Part shown: piece after piece, positions 10,692 through 20,811 of the stretch
Layout: the number at the start of each line of letters is the position of its first letter
How positions within the stretch are numbered: position 1 is the first letter of the stretch
From: Polyangiaceae bacterium
GTDB lineage: Bacteria; Myxococcota_A; Polyangia; Polyangiales; Polyangiaceae
Length of the DNA stretch: 64,000 nt
Reading direction: 5' to 3'
Assembly (NCBI GenBank): GCA_033763455.1
Contig: JANRKO010000006.1
Span: 608,001-672,000 of the forward strand
Program-made: the position numbers and the translations under genes
The notes under the pieces: generated by a model
Databases searched by the model: none
What the model saw: only the letters and a program-made list of their open reading frames with translations
What the model was told of the DNA's origin: nothing

Positions 10692-13600
10692 ATGCCAAAA
10701 GCTAGAGGTTTGTTCGCCCTCACCCGCGCGTTGCTGATCGCCATGAGCGTTCCCATGGCAATCGTTTCAGGTTGCAGCGGCGGCGAGGTAGACACTGCCC
10801 CAGGGGCGAACATACCGGATACACCGGCAGTGACGTCGACAGCCCCTACGGCTGCGCCCAAGCTCGATCTCGGTGGGGGCTCAATGGCACTCACGTGCAA
10901 AGTGAAGTGCGAGGTGGGGGAATGTGGGCCAGTGGCGAACGGGTGTGGAGGCTTGGTGGATTGCGGCGGGTGCACTCTACCGGAAACTTGTGGCGGTGGA
11001 GGCGTTCCTAGTCATTGCGGAGGCGTCGCTGCGTGCGTGCCAACAACGTGTGAGTCCCTCGGTAAAACCTGTGGCGAACACCCGGATGGTTGCGGGGGAG
11101 TTCTGAATTGCTGGCCCAACGGGGCCAGCGCTTGTGCTACGCCGAGCTTTCAGTGCGTCGACGGCGCGTGCAAAGACACCTCTACTTGCGCCCTGCTCAC
11201 ATGCGCGGACTACCCAGCGATGCCAGGAAAATGTGGCCCCGTCAGCGATGGCTGCGGGGGCACGCTCGACTGCGGTTATTCCTGCGCGAGCGACGAAGTG
11301 TGCGGGCTTTCTGCTCCTGGCGTGTGCGGCAAACCGACCTGCCAGACCCAAACCTGTGAGGATGCACTGGCCGGCAAGCCCGCCAATTTTTGCGGCTTTG
11401 TGCCAGATGGTTGCGGTGGCGAGCTGCTTGGTTGCGTAGACCCATGTCCGATGGGGGAGTCCTGCGGAGCGGGCGGGCCTGACTTGTGTGGGGCCTCATC
11501 CGTTGCGTGCGTTCCGAAGACAATTGCCGATTGCGGTTCATCGTGCGGGCCAATCGGAGATGGTTGCGGCGGAAGCGTAGACTGTGGTGGGTGTCAGGGA
11601 GCGGAGAGCTGCGGCGGCGGCGGTGAGGCTGGCGTATGTGGAGCTCCAGCTTGTCAGCCCCTTTCTTGCGATGATTGGGGGGCAACGTGTGGAACGTTGG
11701 CCGACGGTTGTGGAGGTATTACGGCCGATTGTGGTGCCTGTGGGGCCGACGAAGTGTGTAACGCGAACAAGTGCGAGAAGATTGTTTGCGTGCCCAAATC
11801 GATGAACGTTGCCTGCAATGGCTTGTGCGGGCAGCAGAGCGACGGCTGCGGCGGGCTCATCGATTGCGGTGGTTGTTCCGGGAACAATACATGTGGCGGC
11901 GGAGGCACCCCGAGCGTTTGTGGCGTGCCTCCGTGCACGCCGAAAACGTGCACCGATGTCGGAGCCACCTGCGGACCGATTGGGGACGGATGCGGTGGCG
12001 TGGTGGCTTCTTGTGGTACTTGTTCCCTTCCTGAGACGTGCGGCGGCGGGGGAACACCGAGTGTGTGCGGTCGCTGGCTCGATCCGAACTGCACGGGGCT
12101 CTGCCAGAATCAGGAGTATTGCGCTCCCGGCACGGAAACAACCCTCACAGGCAAGGTGTACGCACCGAACGGAACAGAGGCTCTCTATAACGCCCTGGTG
12201 TACGTGCCGAACGCTCCGCTGCCGGCAATTGCGTCGGGAGCCTCTTGTGGCAGGTGTGAAGATGAAGATCTGGGTGCGCCGATTGCCTCGGCGCTGACCG
12301 GGCCCGATGGGGCCTTCGTGCTGCGCAACGTGCCAGCCGGAGTCCCATTCCCCTTAGTGGTTAAGATGGGCAAGTGGCGACGCGTGGTAACAATCCCAGC
12401 TGTGACCAAGTGCACGAGCGTTGCGCTCACAGCCAATGAGACTCGCCTTCCTCGCCACATGACGGATGCCTCCCCGGAAAACGTGCAACACCTCAGCATT
12501 CCCCGCATTGCGATGGTCACGGGCTCCGTTGACGAGCTCGAATGCGTGCTACGCAAGATGGGCGTCAGCGACAGTGAGTTTACTCTTCCCACCGGTAGTG
12601 GGCGCGTTCACCTCTATCGCGCGAATGGCGCCAACGCCGGTTGCAGTTCCTACAGAGCCAACGGCACTTGTAGGACGCTCGTGAATGCGCCAAGGAGTAG
12701 CCTATTTGCGGCAACAACGGGCAATAGGCACAAGATCGATGAATATGATGTCGCGATTTTTGGTTGTGAAGGCGGGGCCAATGAGCACAACAGTGACGAC
12801 CTCATTCTTCGAAATTTTGCCAACGCAGGTGGCCGTGTGTTGGCTTCGCACTTTAGCTACACCTACCTCCATGACACGGCCCAGTTTCAAGATAGCGCCA
12901 CCTGGGGCGGCCCCGCGAACAACAACGGGGCCAACACTACCGGCATCGTGGATACTTCGAGCCCGAAGGGCCAGGCTTTCAATACCTGGTTGGGCAACGT
13001 GGGCGCACAACACCCGATGTACGGCAGCGGTTACATCTCTATCGACGAGCCAAGAAGCTACGTAAAGTCCGCAAGTAGCGCGGGGGAACGCTTCATCTAC
13101 ACGGATTCCGCCTACCGTTATCAGCCTGGAAACGTGCAGTTGAGCCAGCAATCGGCGGTCCAACAATACGCTTTCAACACGCCGTACGGAGCCAGCGACG
13201 CCAATATCTGCGGTCGGGTGCTTTACAGCGCCTTCCACGTAGCTGGGGCGAGCGGCAACGATACGCAGATCTTTCCCGCTCATTGTTCCTCGGGTCCCCT
13301 CACGCCCCAGGAAAAGGTGCTGGAGTTCATGATCTTTGATCTTTCGGCGTGTGTTTCCTCCGGCGCTCCCCCGCAGCCGCCCACTTGTACGAAGACTACT
13401 TGTAGTGCGCTGGGAGCCCAGTGCGGTTACCTGGCGGATGGCTGTGGTGGCCTTTTGGACTGTGGGAGTTGCACTTCGCCTAGTACTTGTGGCGGAGGTG
13501 GCGTAGCAAACCAGTGTGGTAGCGTTTGTTTGCCTACAACCTGCGGCAAGCAGGGCGCCAATTGTGGCTCGATTGCCGATGGCTGTGGCGGCACGCTGAA

Positions 13601-14534
13601 TTGCGGGAGTTGCACGTCGCCGTCGGTCTGTGGCGGCGGAGGTCTTGCGAACGTTTGCGGGTTACCTGCCTGCCAACCGCGGTCATGTTCCAGTGTCGGC
13701 GCAGAGTGCGGAATCATTGCGGATGGCTGCGGCGGGACGCTTTCCTGCGGCACGTGTGCCAGCGGTACCTGCGGCGGCGGCGGTACGCCGAACGTGTGCG
13801 GCGCAGGCAGCTGTGTGCCCCGGAGCTGCACGTCTGTGGGTGCTGAGTGTGGCCTGATCGGCGACGGCTGTGGCGGCGCCATCGACTGCGGGAGTTGTGC
13901 GAGCAACGCTGCATGCGGTCTTGGTGGGCCTAATCTCTGCGGTTTGAAGTGTACCCCGCGTACCTGTGCGGCCGCGGGTGCAACCTGTGGCTTTGTGGGT
14001 GACGGCTGCGGTGGAGTCCTTCAGTGCGGCACGTGCGTTCAACCGCAGATCTGCGGTGGCGCGGGTGTCCCGAATCAGTGTGGAGGCTCCTGCACCAAGA
14101 CAACGTGCCAAGCGGCAGGCGCGGGGTGCGGAAAGATTTCAGATGGCTGCGGCGGCACACTCGATTGCGGTGCGTGCAGCAACGGCCAGACGTGTGGTGG
14201 TGGTGGCGTTGCGAACCAGTGCGGAAACGGCACCTGTGTGGCGACCACCTGTCAGGCCGCAGGCGCCAACTGCGGTGTTATTGGCGACGGATGCGGCGGG
14301 GTTCTCAACTGCGGTCTCTGTGGCGGCACGCAGATCTGCGGTGGTGCGGGGGTTCCTAACCAGTGCGCGCCCGGGAGCAACACATGCACCCCGCTCACTT
14401 GCGGGGCTCAGAACGCCACGTGTGGTCCGGTAGCAGACGGCTGCGGCGGCTTACTCGACTGCGGCGTATGTCCGAACGGGCAAACGTGCGGGGGCGGCGG
14501 AACCCCGAGTCAATGCGGTGGCTCGCTGAGGTAA
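10692..14534 (+). CDS. large Cys-rich repeat lipoprotein with central non-repetitive domain
   Basis: Lipobox VSGC; 16 (D/N)GCGG-containing repeats (8 N-terminal, 8 C-terminal); centre has a carboxypeptidase-regulatory-like segment (TLTGKVYAPNG...TGPDGAFVLRNVP) and an alpha/beta domain. Confidence 0.88.
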   Translation: MPKARGLFALTRALLIAMSVPMAIVSGCSGGEVDTAPGANIPDTPAVTSTAPTAAPKLDLGGGSMALTCKVKCEVGECGPVANGCGGLVDCGGCTLPETCGGGGVPSHCGGVAACVPTTCESLGKTCGEHPDGCGGVLNCWPNGASACATPSFQCVDGACKDTSTCALLTCADYPAMPGKCGPVSDGCGGTLDCGYSCASDEVCGLSAPGVCGKPTCQTQTCEDALAGKPANFCGFVPDGCGGELLGCVDPCPMGESCGAGGPDLCGASSVACVPKTIADCGSSCGPIGDGCGGSVDCGGCQGAESCGGGGEAGVCGAPACQPLSCDDWGATCGTLADGCGGITADCGACGADEVCNANKCEKIVCVPKSMNVACNGLCGQQSDGCGGLIDCGGCSGNNTCGGGGTPSVCGVPPCTPKTCTDVGATCGPIGDGCGGVVASCGTCSLPETCGGGGTPSVCGRWLDPNCTGLCQNQEYCAPGTETTLTGKVYAPNGTEALYNALVYVPNAPLPAIASGASCGRCEDEDLGAPIASALTGPDGAFVLRNVPAGVPFPLVVKMGKWRRVVTIPAVTKCTSVALTANETRLPRHMTDASPENVQHLSIPRIAMVTGSVDELECVLRKMGVSDSEFTLPTGSGRVHLYRANGANAGCSSYRANGTCRTLVNAPRSSLFAATTGNRHKIDEYDVAIFGCEGGANEHNSDDLILRNFANAGGRVLASHFSYTYLHDTAQFQDSATWGGPANNNGANTTGIVDTSSPKGQAFNTWLGNVGAQHPMYGSGYISIDEPRSYVKSASSAGERFIYTDSAYRYQPGNVQLSQQSAVQQYAFNTPYGASDANICGRVLYSAFHVAGASGNDTQIFPAHCSSGPLTPQEKVLEFMIFDLSACVSSGAPPQPPTCTKTTCSALGAQCGYLADGCGGLLDCGSCTSPSTCGGGGVANQCGSVCLPTTCGKQGANCGSIADGCGGTLNCGSCTSPSVCGGGGLANVCGLPACQPRSCSSVGAECGIIADGCGGTLSCGTCASGTCGGGGTPNVCGAGSCVPRSCTSVGAECGLIGDGCGGAIDCGSCASNAACGLGGPNLCGLKCTPRTCAAAGATCGFVGDGCGGVLQCGTCVQPQICGGAGVPNQCGGSCTKTTCQAAGAGCGKISDGCGGTLDCGACSNGQTCGGGGVANQCGNGTCVATTCQAAGANCGVIGDGCGGVLNCGLCGGTQICGGAGVPNQCAPGSNTCTPLTCGAQNATCGPVADGCGGLLDCGVCPNGQTCGGGGTPSQCGGSLR

Positions 14535-14541
14535 GCGGGAC

Positions 14542-15510
14542 TCAAACGCGCGCGGCGTTAGTGCCTGCTTCGCCAATGCCCACAGAGTCCGTCACCAGAG
14601 CCACGGCTGCGCCTCCAGGGGGGTCGAATGGAGCACGCCCGTACTGCACGGTGCCAAGCGACGGGAAGAAGGGCGCCAAAACATACTGCCGGAACCAGTA
14701 CCAGAAGAGACTCCGCTCAAGGAGCTGGGGGGGAATTTCTTTCTCGATAGCGAGATGCAGCTCTTTCAGCTTGCTCCAGTGAGTACCGGGATGCTCGTGA
14801 TGTACGGCGTGGTAGCCATTGTTAAACAAGAAGAAATTCGTAAGCGCACCGTTGAAACTGCGTGAGTGAGCGTGCTCAGACCACGGATCAGTGTGCACGT
14901 GTTGCTCGTAGTTGAACAACATGATGGTAAAGAGGGCGAAGAACCCGGGTAGGCCGGATACTAGCGCCCAGGTGAAAAGCCCTGTTTTCCAGCCGTGCAT
15001 CCAGATGGCTAACGACAAAAGCAGGAGGTGAGCGCCAATTACGGCAGCGTATTGTTCGATGATTTGGCGATACAAAGCTGGCTTTTCCGTGCGCGCCTTA
15101 CGGATAAATTCCTTGATAGGGTCGCTCTGAAACCAGCTCGACACGAAAAAATACGTGATGGCCACCGGCAAAATGTGGCGGTTCGTGTAACGCCAGGTGA
15201 TCGTCGCGTCCCCGGCTTTGTTGACGAGCTTGTGGTGGTTGAGGTTGTGCGTCGGGATCCAGGCAAACGTCGGGTACCCGTAGAAAATCGAGATCCACAT
15301 GCCGAACAGCTGATTTTGCTGCTTCGTCTTAAACGTGGGGCAGTGGTTGTGGTTGTGCGCAATAACGCCGCAAGCCAGTGCGAAGTAACAGCTCACCCAC
15401 CAAAGGTAGGGAACGAGCGTCGGCTTCCAGTACTGGATGGCTGCCACTCCAGGCGTAAGAACCATGGTCCAGAGGAGGGTTCGGAGGTCGCTTAGGTTTC
15501 GTAGTCCCAC
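14542..15510 (-). CDS. membrane fatty acid desaturase
   Basis: Three His boxes HNHNH, HNLNHH, HAVHH plus hydrophobic segments. Confidence 0.9.
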   Translation of the reverse strand: MGLRNLSDLRTLLWTMVLTPGVAAIQYWKPTLVPYLWWVSCYFALACGVIAHNHNHCPTFKTKQQNQLFGMWISIFYGYPTFAWIPTHNLNHHKLVNKAGDATITWRYTNRHILPVAITYFFVSSWFQSDPIKEFIRKARTEKPALYRQIIEQYAAVIGAHLLLLSLAIWMHGWKTGLFTWALVSGLPGFFALFTIMLFNYEQHVHTDPWSEHAHSRSFNGALTNFFLFNNGYHAVHHEHPGTHWSKLKELHLAIEKEIPPQLLERSLFWYWFRQYVLAPFFPSLGTVQYGRAPFDPPGGAAVALVTDSVGIGEAGTNAARV

Positions 15511-15689
15511 GATGATGGGTCGGACTCTATAAGCGGGGGAGCCGGAGGTCTCGTGAAATCGAACACCTTTTTGACCAGATTGATGGAAAAGCGGCCAAGA
15601 AGTGGTGGGGCTGGGCGAAACCTGCGCAGCGCAGGGGCTGGTTGGCAGGTTTTGCGCATTTTCCCGGCTCCCCCCTATTTGAGGTCGGG

Positions 15690-16148
15690 TTAGGCCTGAC
15701 GTGCCGGCGGCTTGTGGCTGCGCACGCGAAACTCGCTGTCCTTGATGGTTCGAGCCACGCCCGCCGCCCGCAGCGGATCGGAATAGTGCAAAATGTCCGT
15801 CAGGCTGATAACGCCAAACAAACGCCCTTCGGGGTCAAGAATTACCAAGCGTGATACGCGAGAGCGCATCATCAGCTCCTCGGCCTCCCTCAGGGATGCG
15901 TCAGCACTGCAGGTAATCACCTCTCGCCTCATCACATTTTCTACCGGAACCTCCGCAGCTAAGAGGTTTTCGGCGCACACCTGGAGCGCAAGATCGCGCT
16001 CCGTGATGATGCCGACCACTGCAAAGCTCTCATCGCACACAGGAAGCCAGCCGACGCGTTCCGCGGCAAAGCGAATGGCGATTTGCTGTGCCGTCTGCTT
16101 TAGCCCAGCGGGGGCAATGCCCCTTCCAGCGATTTCGTGACAGAACAT
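15690..16148 (-). CDS. CBS domain protein
   Basis: LPV....VVGIITERDL and MM....SRLVILD.EGRLFGVISLTDI tandem CBS motifs. Confidence 0.85.
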   Translation of the reverse strand: MFCHEIAGRGIAPAGLKQTAQQIAIRFAAERVGWLPVCDESFAVVGIITERDLALQVCAENLLAAEVPVENVMRREVITCSADASLREAEELMMRSRVSRLVILDPEGRLFGVISLTDILHYSDPLRAAGVARTIKDSEFRVRSHKPPARQA

Positions 16149-16282
16149 AGCCCGAAGCCTCCTTCTCGTCGTTCCAGCATGACCCCTCTTTGGCCAGCGT
16201 CACGCGAAATGATTGCGAAGATAGCCCGAGTGGGCCCACTTTTATGTAATTGTTGAAGAATGTTCGGGGCGAAAGCCCAAGG

Positions 16283-17653
16283 CTAACGCCGCAGATGCCA
16301 GGCCTTGGGGGCCAGGAAGGCTTCAATACCGTAGGTGGAGAGCGTACATCCGATCCCTGAGTTGCGATGGCCGCTCCAGGGCAGGCGAGGGCTCACGCGG
16401 TCGCAGCAATTCCAATAGGCGGAGCCCACGTCGAGCGAGCTTAACAGCTTCCGCGCTCGTTCCTCGCTCTTGGAATAGACAGCAGCCGTCAGCCCATAGG
16501 CGGTGTCGTTCATGAGGGCTTGGGCTTCTTCATCATTTTGAACCTTCATGAGGCCAATGATCGGGCCGAAGCTCTCATCTTTCATCACGCTCATGTCATG
16601 AGAAACGTTGATGAGTACCGTCGGCTCGAAGTAGTGGCCTGCGTGGTCTGCCCGCTTGCCGCCGACCAGTACCTGGGCTCCCTTTTCCTGGGCGTCGGCC
16701 ACTTGCGCCGCAAGGAAATCAACTTGAGCGCTGCGGCGCGCAAGCGGCCCAATGTACGTTTGCGGATCGGTGGGATCTCCAAGTCGAAAACCGCGCACCG
16801 TTTCCGCGAAGAGCTTTAAGAACGGCTCCCAGATAGCTGCATGCACGTAGATGCGTTCGACGGAACAGCAGCTTTGCCCGGCATTGTAGAACGCACCGTC
16901 TGCTATCCCTGGCGCTGCGGTCTCGACGTCGGCGTCGTCGGCCACGTAAACCGGATCTTTCCCGCCCAATTCAAGCTGTACCTTGATCAGTCGTTCGGCA
17001 GCCTTGCGCGCAATCTTTACACCAGTTCCGTGAGAACCTGTGAAGAAGACCCCATCCACGGGCAAGTCCAAAAGTGCCGAGCCAACATGGCCGTCACCGA
17101 TCACCGCCTTGAACGCATGTTCCGGCACACCTGCCTCATGCAAAAGGCGCTGGATTTCGAGGCCGGTCAGCGACGAAAGCTCGCTCGGTTTATAGAGCAC
17201 GGCGTTGCCGGTAAGAAGCGCGGGCACAAACACATTGCCCCCTACAAAGTAAGGATAGTTCCAAGCCGATATGTTCGCGACCACACCTAAGGGGCCGTGC
17301 GAGATTTGTTCGCTTAAGGCATCTTCGGTGTGAACGGTTTTGGTTCCGAGTAGGGCCTCCGTCTCAGCCAGAAAGAAATCAATGCGGCCGAGCAGGCCAG
17401 CAATTTCGTTTCGAGATTGTGCGATCGGTTTGCCGACTTCACTGGTGAGTGTTTTCGCGAGCTTGTTGGCCTGCGCCATCACGAGTGTCTTAAAGCGAGC
17501 GATGATCTGCTTGCGCTCAGGGAACGGCCGGGCCGCCCACTCGCGTTGGGCGATGCGGGCCTGGTCGAACTTGGCGAGGATGGAAGTGGGGGTGTCCGAC
17601 TCAAGCTCGCCGAGGAGGGCGTCCGTTGCCGGATTGTGGATTTGAAGGCGCAT
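16283..17653 (-). CDS. aldehyde dehydrogenase
   Basis: NPAT, WNYP, FFTGS, LELGGKD, NAGQSCC, ESFGP; likely start MRLQIHNPAT at 17653. Confidence 0.95.
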   Translation of the reverse strand: MRLQIHNPATDALLGELESDTPTSILAKFDQARIAQREWAARPFPERKQIIARFKTLVMAQANKLAKTLTSEVGKPIAQSRNEIAGLLGRIDFFLAETEALLGTKTVHTEDALSEQISHGPLGVVANISAWNYPYFVGGNVFVPALLTGNAVLYKPSELSSLTGLEIQRLLHEAGVPEHAFKAVIGDGHVGSALLDLPVDGVFFTGSHGTGVKIARKAAERLIKVQLELGGKDPVYVADDADVETAAPGIADGAFYNAGQSCCSVERIYVHAAIWEPFLKLFAETVRGFRLGDPTDPQTYIGPLARRSAQVDFLAAQVADAQEKGAQVLVGGKRADHAGHYFEPTVLINVSHDMSVMKDESFGPIIGLMKVQNDEEAQALMNDTAYGLTAAVYSKSEERARKLLSSLDVGSAYWNCCDRVSPRLPWSGHRNSGIGCTLSTYGIEAFLAPKAWHLRR

Positions 17654-17670
17654 TGTGGGCGGAGGATAAC

Positions 17671-18657
17671 TCAGGATGCCCGGGCGCCGAAGCTTTCGGG
17701 AATGAGCGTGGTGCAGGCGCCGATTGCGAGCCGCACCACCGCGAGCCATAGGCCAAGCGCGAGGCCTAAATGGACAACCTGCATCCAGGCCGGAGCCCCG
17801 AGCGCCACATTGAGCCCGCCCACCAAAAGCTGCACGATGAGCGCTCCGCGCGCGGTGGTAGCCCAGGTTTTCACATCTTGGGTACGACCCGTTTCAGCGA
17901 TGAGCCCTATCGAATGCCAGATCAGAGCTCCTAGGAGCACGGCAAGGACGGGGTGCACCATGCGAAGGCTTTCCAGAAAGTGCATGCCATCTCCGTTTAG
18001 TCGCTGCTCGAGCGAGGCGCCGGTAGTCAGCGGGTAGAGCGTGTCGCCGAGCGCGGTAACGGCGCCCATCATCGAAACGAAGAGCACTGCCGCGAGAGCT
18101 CGAAACGCGAAGTTGGCCGGGGGAGCAGAACTCAGACGTAGACTTGCCGGGTAGCGCGCGCTCCATGCGGTGAGCATGAAAGCGGCGCAAAGTATAGAAG
18201 CGCTTGCCAGATGCAGCGGCATTACGACGGCCCGAGCGACAGAGGTGTCTTGATCCACCAGTCGCCCGAGCACGAGGCCCGCACCGATCAGACATTCGAC
18301 CACCATGAGCGCGAGTACCCAGTTGGCGGCGCGCCGGGCCAATTGGTCTTTTTCAAACACTCTGCGGGAAGCGACAAACACCGCGACGGCCGAGAGCAAA
18401 GCCAATCCGCTAGTTATGCGGTGGGAAATCTCAATTAGAGTCTCCACGCGGCTCGGCATGTGTAAAATCTCACCATTGCAGGTTGGCCAGTGTTGCCCGC
18501 AGCCGGCGCCCGAGTGGGTTACCCGCACCACCGCCCCAAAAAGCACCACCAGTACGGTGTATGCCAAGCCAAACCACGCGAAACGCGCATAGCGAGCCTG
18601 GGGTGCTTGGAAGAGAACGCCTGGCTCGCTGGGGCTGACAGGGGCGGAGGGGTTCAC
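17671..18657 (-). CDS. ctaA: heme A synthase (COX15/CtaA family)
   Basis: GAVVRVTHSGAGCGQHWPTCNG, EISHR and further conserved His in TM helices. Confidence 0.88.
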   Translation of the reverse strand: MNPSAPVSPSEPGVLFQAPQARYARFAWFGLAYTVLVVLFGAVVRVTHSGAGCGQHWPTCNGEILHMPSRVETLIEISHRITSGLALLSAVAVFVASRRVFEKDQLARRAANWVLALMVVECLIGAGLVLGRLVDQDTSVARAVVMPLHLASASILCAAFMLTAWSARYPASLRLSSAPPANFAFRALAAVLFVSMMGAVTALGDTLYPLTTGASLEQRLNGDGMHFLESLRMVHPVLAVLLGALIWHSIGLIAETGRTQDVKTWATTARGALIVQLLVGGLNVALGAPAWMQVVHLGLALGLWLAVVRLAIGACTTLIPESFGARAS

Positions 18658-18805
18658 GGAAAAGTGGATTTGCCATGATTCTTTGAGCGGGTCGAGCGTG
18701 GCGGAGCTCTTCTGGTTGCGCTACGCCTCGGGCCACGCGTAGGCTTGCCGGCCCTAAAACCAACCACCCCCGACACAGTCGGTGAACTTTGAAGTTGAGG
18801 ATGTG

Positions 18806-20122
18806 ATGTCAGAACCTTTTTTTCGCGGTATTGAGAGCATTCGGTACGAAGGTCCCCAAACCGAAAACCCTCTCGCGTTCCGTTACTACGACAAGGATCG
18901 CCTCGTCCTAGGAAAACGCCTGGAAGAGCACCTGCGCGTGGCGGTGTGTTACTGGCACACGTTTGCATGGCACGGAAACGACGTCTTCGGAGCAGGTACG
19001 TTTGAACGCCCGTGGCTGCAGAGCGGGGATGCTCTTGTTCGCGCGGAGCAGAAGCTGGCGGTGGCGTTTGAGTTCTTGGAGAAGCTCGGTGCTCCCTTCT
19101 TCACGTTCCACGATCGCGACGTAGCGCCTGAGGGCAACACTCTTAAGGAAAGCCACGCCAACCTCGACCGCATCCTCGAAAAGATGCAGGCGCAAATGGC
19201 TCGCACGGGCAAAAAGCTACTGTGGGGCACGGCCAACCTCTTCAGCCACCCGCGCTATATGAGCGGCGCTGCCACTAATCCCGATCCCGAAGTGTTCGCC
19301 TACGGTGCGGCTCAGGTTCGAAAAATCTTGGAAGCAACGCACAAGCTTGGCGGTGAGAACTACGTGTTGTGGGGTGGTCGTGAAGGCTACGAGACTCTGC
19401 TCAATACGGACATCAAGGCTGAAACCGAGCAGCTTGGTCGCTTCCTAACGCTCGTGGCTGAGCATAAGCACAAGATTGGCTTCAAGGGCCTGCTCTTGAT
19501 CGAGCCGAAGCCCAAGGAGCCCACAAGCCACCAATATGACTTCGATACGGCAAACGTGCTGGCATTCCTTCAGAAGTTTGGCCTTGAGAAAGAATACAAG
19601 GTCAACATCGAGAATAACCACGCCACCTTAGCGGGGCACAGCTTCCAGCACGAAGTAGCCTACGCGGCCGCGAACGGCATTCTTGGCAGCATCGACATCA
19701 ATCGCGGTGATTCGCTGTTGGGCTGGGACACCGATCAGTTCCCGAACGATGTCACCGAGACGGCGCTCGTGCTCCACACCATCTTGAAGGCTGGTGGCCT
19801 CACCAGCGGTGGCATGAACTTCGACGCTAAGCTTCGCCGTCAGAGCAATGAGCCGGACGATCTTTTCCACGCACACATCGGCGGCATGGACACCCTCGCT
19901 CACGGCTTGTTGATTGCCGAGAAGATGCTGAACGACAAGAAGCTCGATCAGTTCGTTGAGAAGCGCTACGAAGGCTGGCGTGGCGAGCTCGGGCAGAGCA
20001 TCCTAGGCAAGAAGGCGAGCCTAGAAAGCCTGAGTGATCTTGTTCTCTCCAAGGGCATTGATCCCAAGCCCCGTTCAGGCCGCCAAGAGCTGCTCGAGAA
20101 CCTGATCAACAAGTACACTTGA
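18806..20122 (+). CDS. xylA: xylose isomerase
   Basis: YWHTF, FHDRD, WGGREGY, IEPKP.EP, GWDTDQF; likely start MSEPFF at 18806. Confidence 0.97.
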   Translation: MSEPFFRGIESIRYEGPQTENPLAFRYYDKDRLVLGKRLEEHLRVAVCYWHTFAWHGNDVFGAGTFERPWLQSGDALVRAEQKLAVAFEFLEKLGAPFFTFHDRDVAPEGNTLKESHANLDRILEKMQAQMARTGKKLLWGTANLFSHPRYMSGAATNPDPEVFAYGAAQVRKILEATHKLGGENYVLWGGREGYETLLNTDIKAETEQLGRFLTLVAEHKHKIGFKGLLLIEPKPKEPTSHQYDFDTANVLAFLQKFGLEKEYKVNIENNHATLAGHSFQHEVAYAAANGILGSIDINRGDSLLGWDTDQFPNDVTETALVLHTILKAGGLTSGGMNFDAKLRRQSNEPDDLFHAHIGGMDTLAHGLLIAEKMLNDKKLDQFVEKRYEGWRGELGQSILGKKASLESLSDLVLSKGIDPKPRSGRQELLENLINKYT

Positions 20123-20154
20123 TGGTTCCATGGGCCCACGCTCGCGACTAACCC

Positions 20155-20517
20155 ATGCTGTTTGACGTCATTGCTGTCATTATCGGCATCTCCTACACCC
20201 TCCGAAGGCTGAGCCTCGCGAAGCTTGAAATACCAGCTTCCGAGGCCCCGCCTGCGGGTTTCGAGGCGTGGCGCCTGAGCCAGCTTGGAGCCTACAAGCT
20301 GGGGGCGAGCGTGTGTTTTGCGAAAGTCGTCTTTGCCAACGGCTTCATGTTCACGATGGGCCGCATGGGGGTGGGTGATGAGAACTGGACGAAACGGGGC
20401 GTGAGTATGGCCATTGACGTCCTTTGGCTTTTGGGGCTAGCGCTCGCGATGATCAAGAGCCACAAGGCCCAGAAAGTTCGCAAGAATTTGGGGTTGCCCG
20501 CCGTTTTTGCGAGTTAG
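20155..20517 (+). CDS. small hypothetical membrane protein
   Basis: 120 aa with three hydrophobic segments; directly downstream of xylA on the same strand. Confidence 0.65.
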   Translation: MLFDVIAVIIGISYTLRRLSLAKLEIPASEAPPAGFEAWRLSQLGAYKLGASVCFAKVVFANGFMFTMGRMGVGDENWTKRGVSMAIDVLWLLGLALAMIKSHKAQKVRKNLGLPAVFAS

Positions 20518-20793
20518 CGCCCTAACCGGGGGGAAGTTCCCCGGCACACCGGCGTACCTCTCGCTACGAACATGGGTCGCGAATGGAAAAGTCTTGGGGT
20601 GGCGCTGGCTGGCTATTACCTGGCCAAAAATACAGAGCGCTTCATCCCCCTGGGGGCGGATGCCAACGCTAACGAGCCCTCCCCGCGTTTTCCGCGTTCT
20701 CCGTCTCCGCCGCTCTTATCCAGCGACCCCGGTCCCATTTCTGGCATTGTGGTGTGCGGTGCGTCCTCCTCGCAAGAACGCTGGCAACCAGTG

Positions 20794-20811
20794 CCTTCGG
20801 CGCGCCGAAGG
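20794..20811. terminator. palindromic hairpin after lepB stop
   Basis: CCTTCGGCGCGCCGAAGG is self-complementary and lies right after the lepB stop; no clear U tract. Confidence 0.35.

Noticed and set aside
10692..14534. Multiheme cytochrome or RiPP precursor reading of the Cys-rich protein
   Set aside because: No CxxCH motifs and no modifying enzymes nearby; exported protein, so Cys are more likely disulfides
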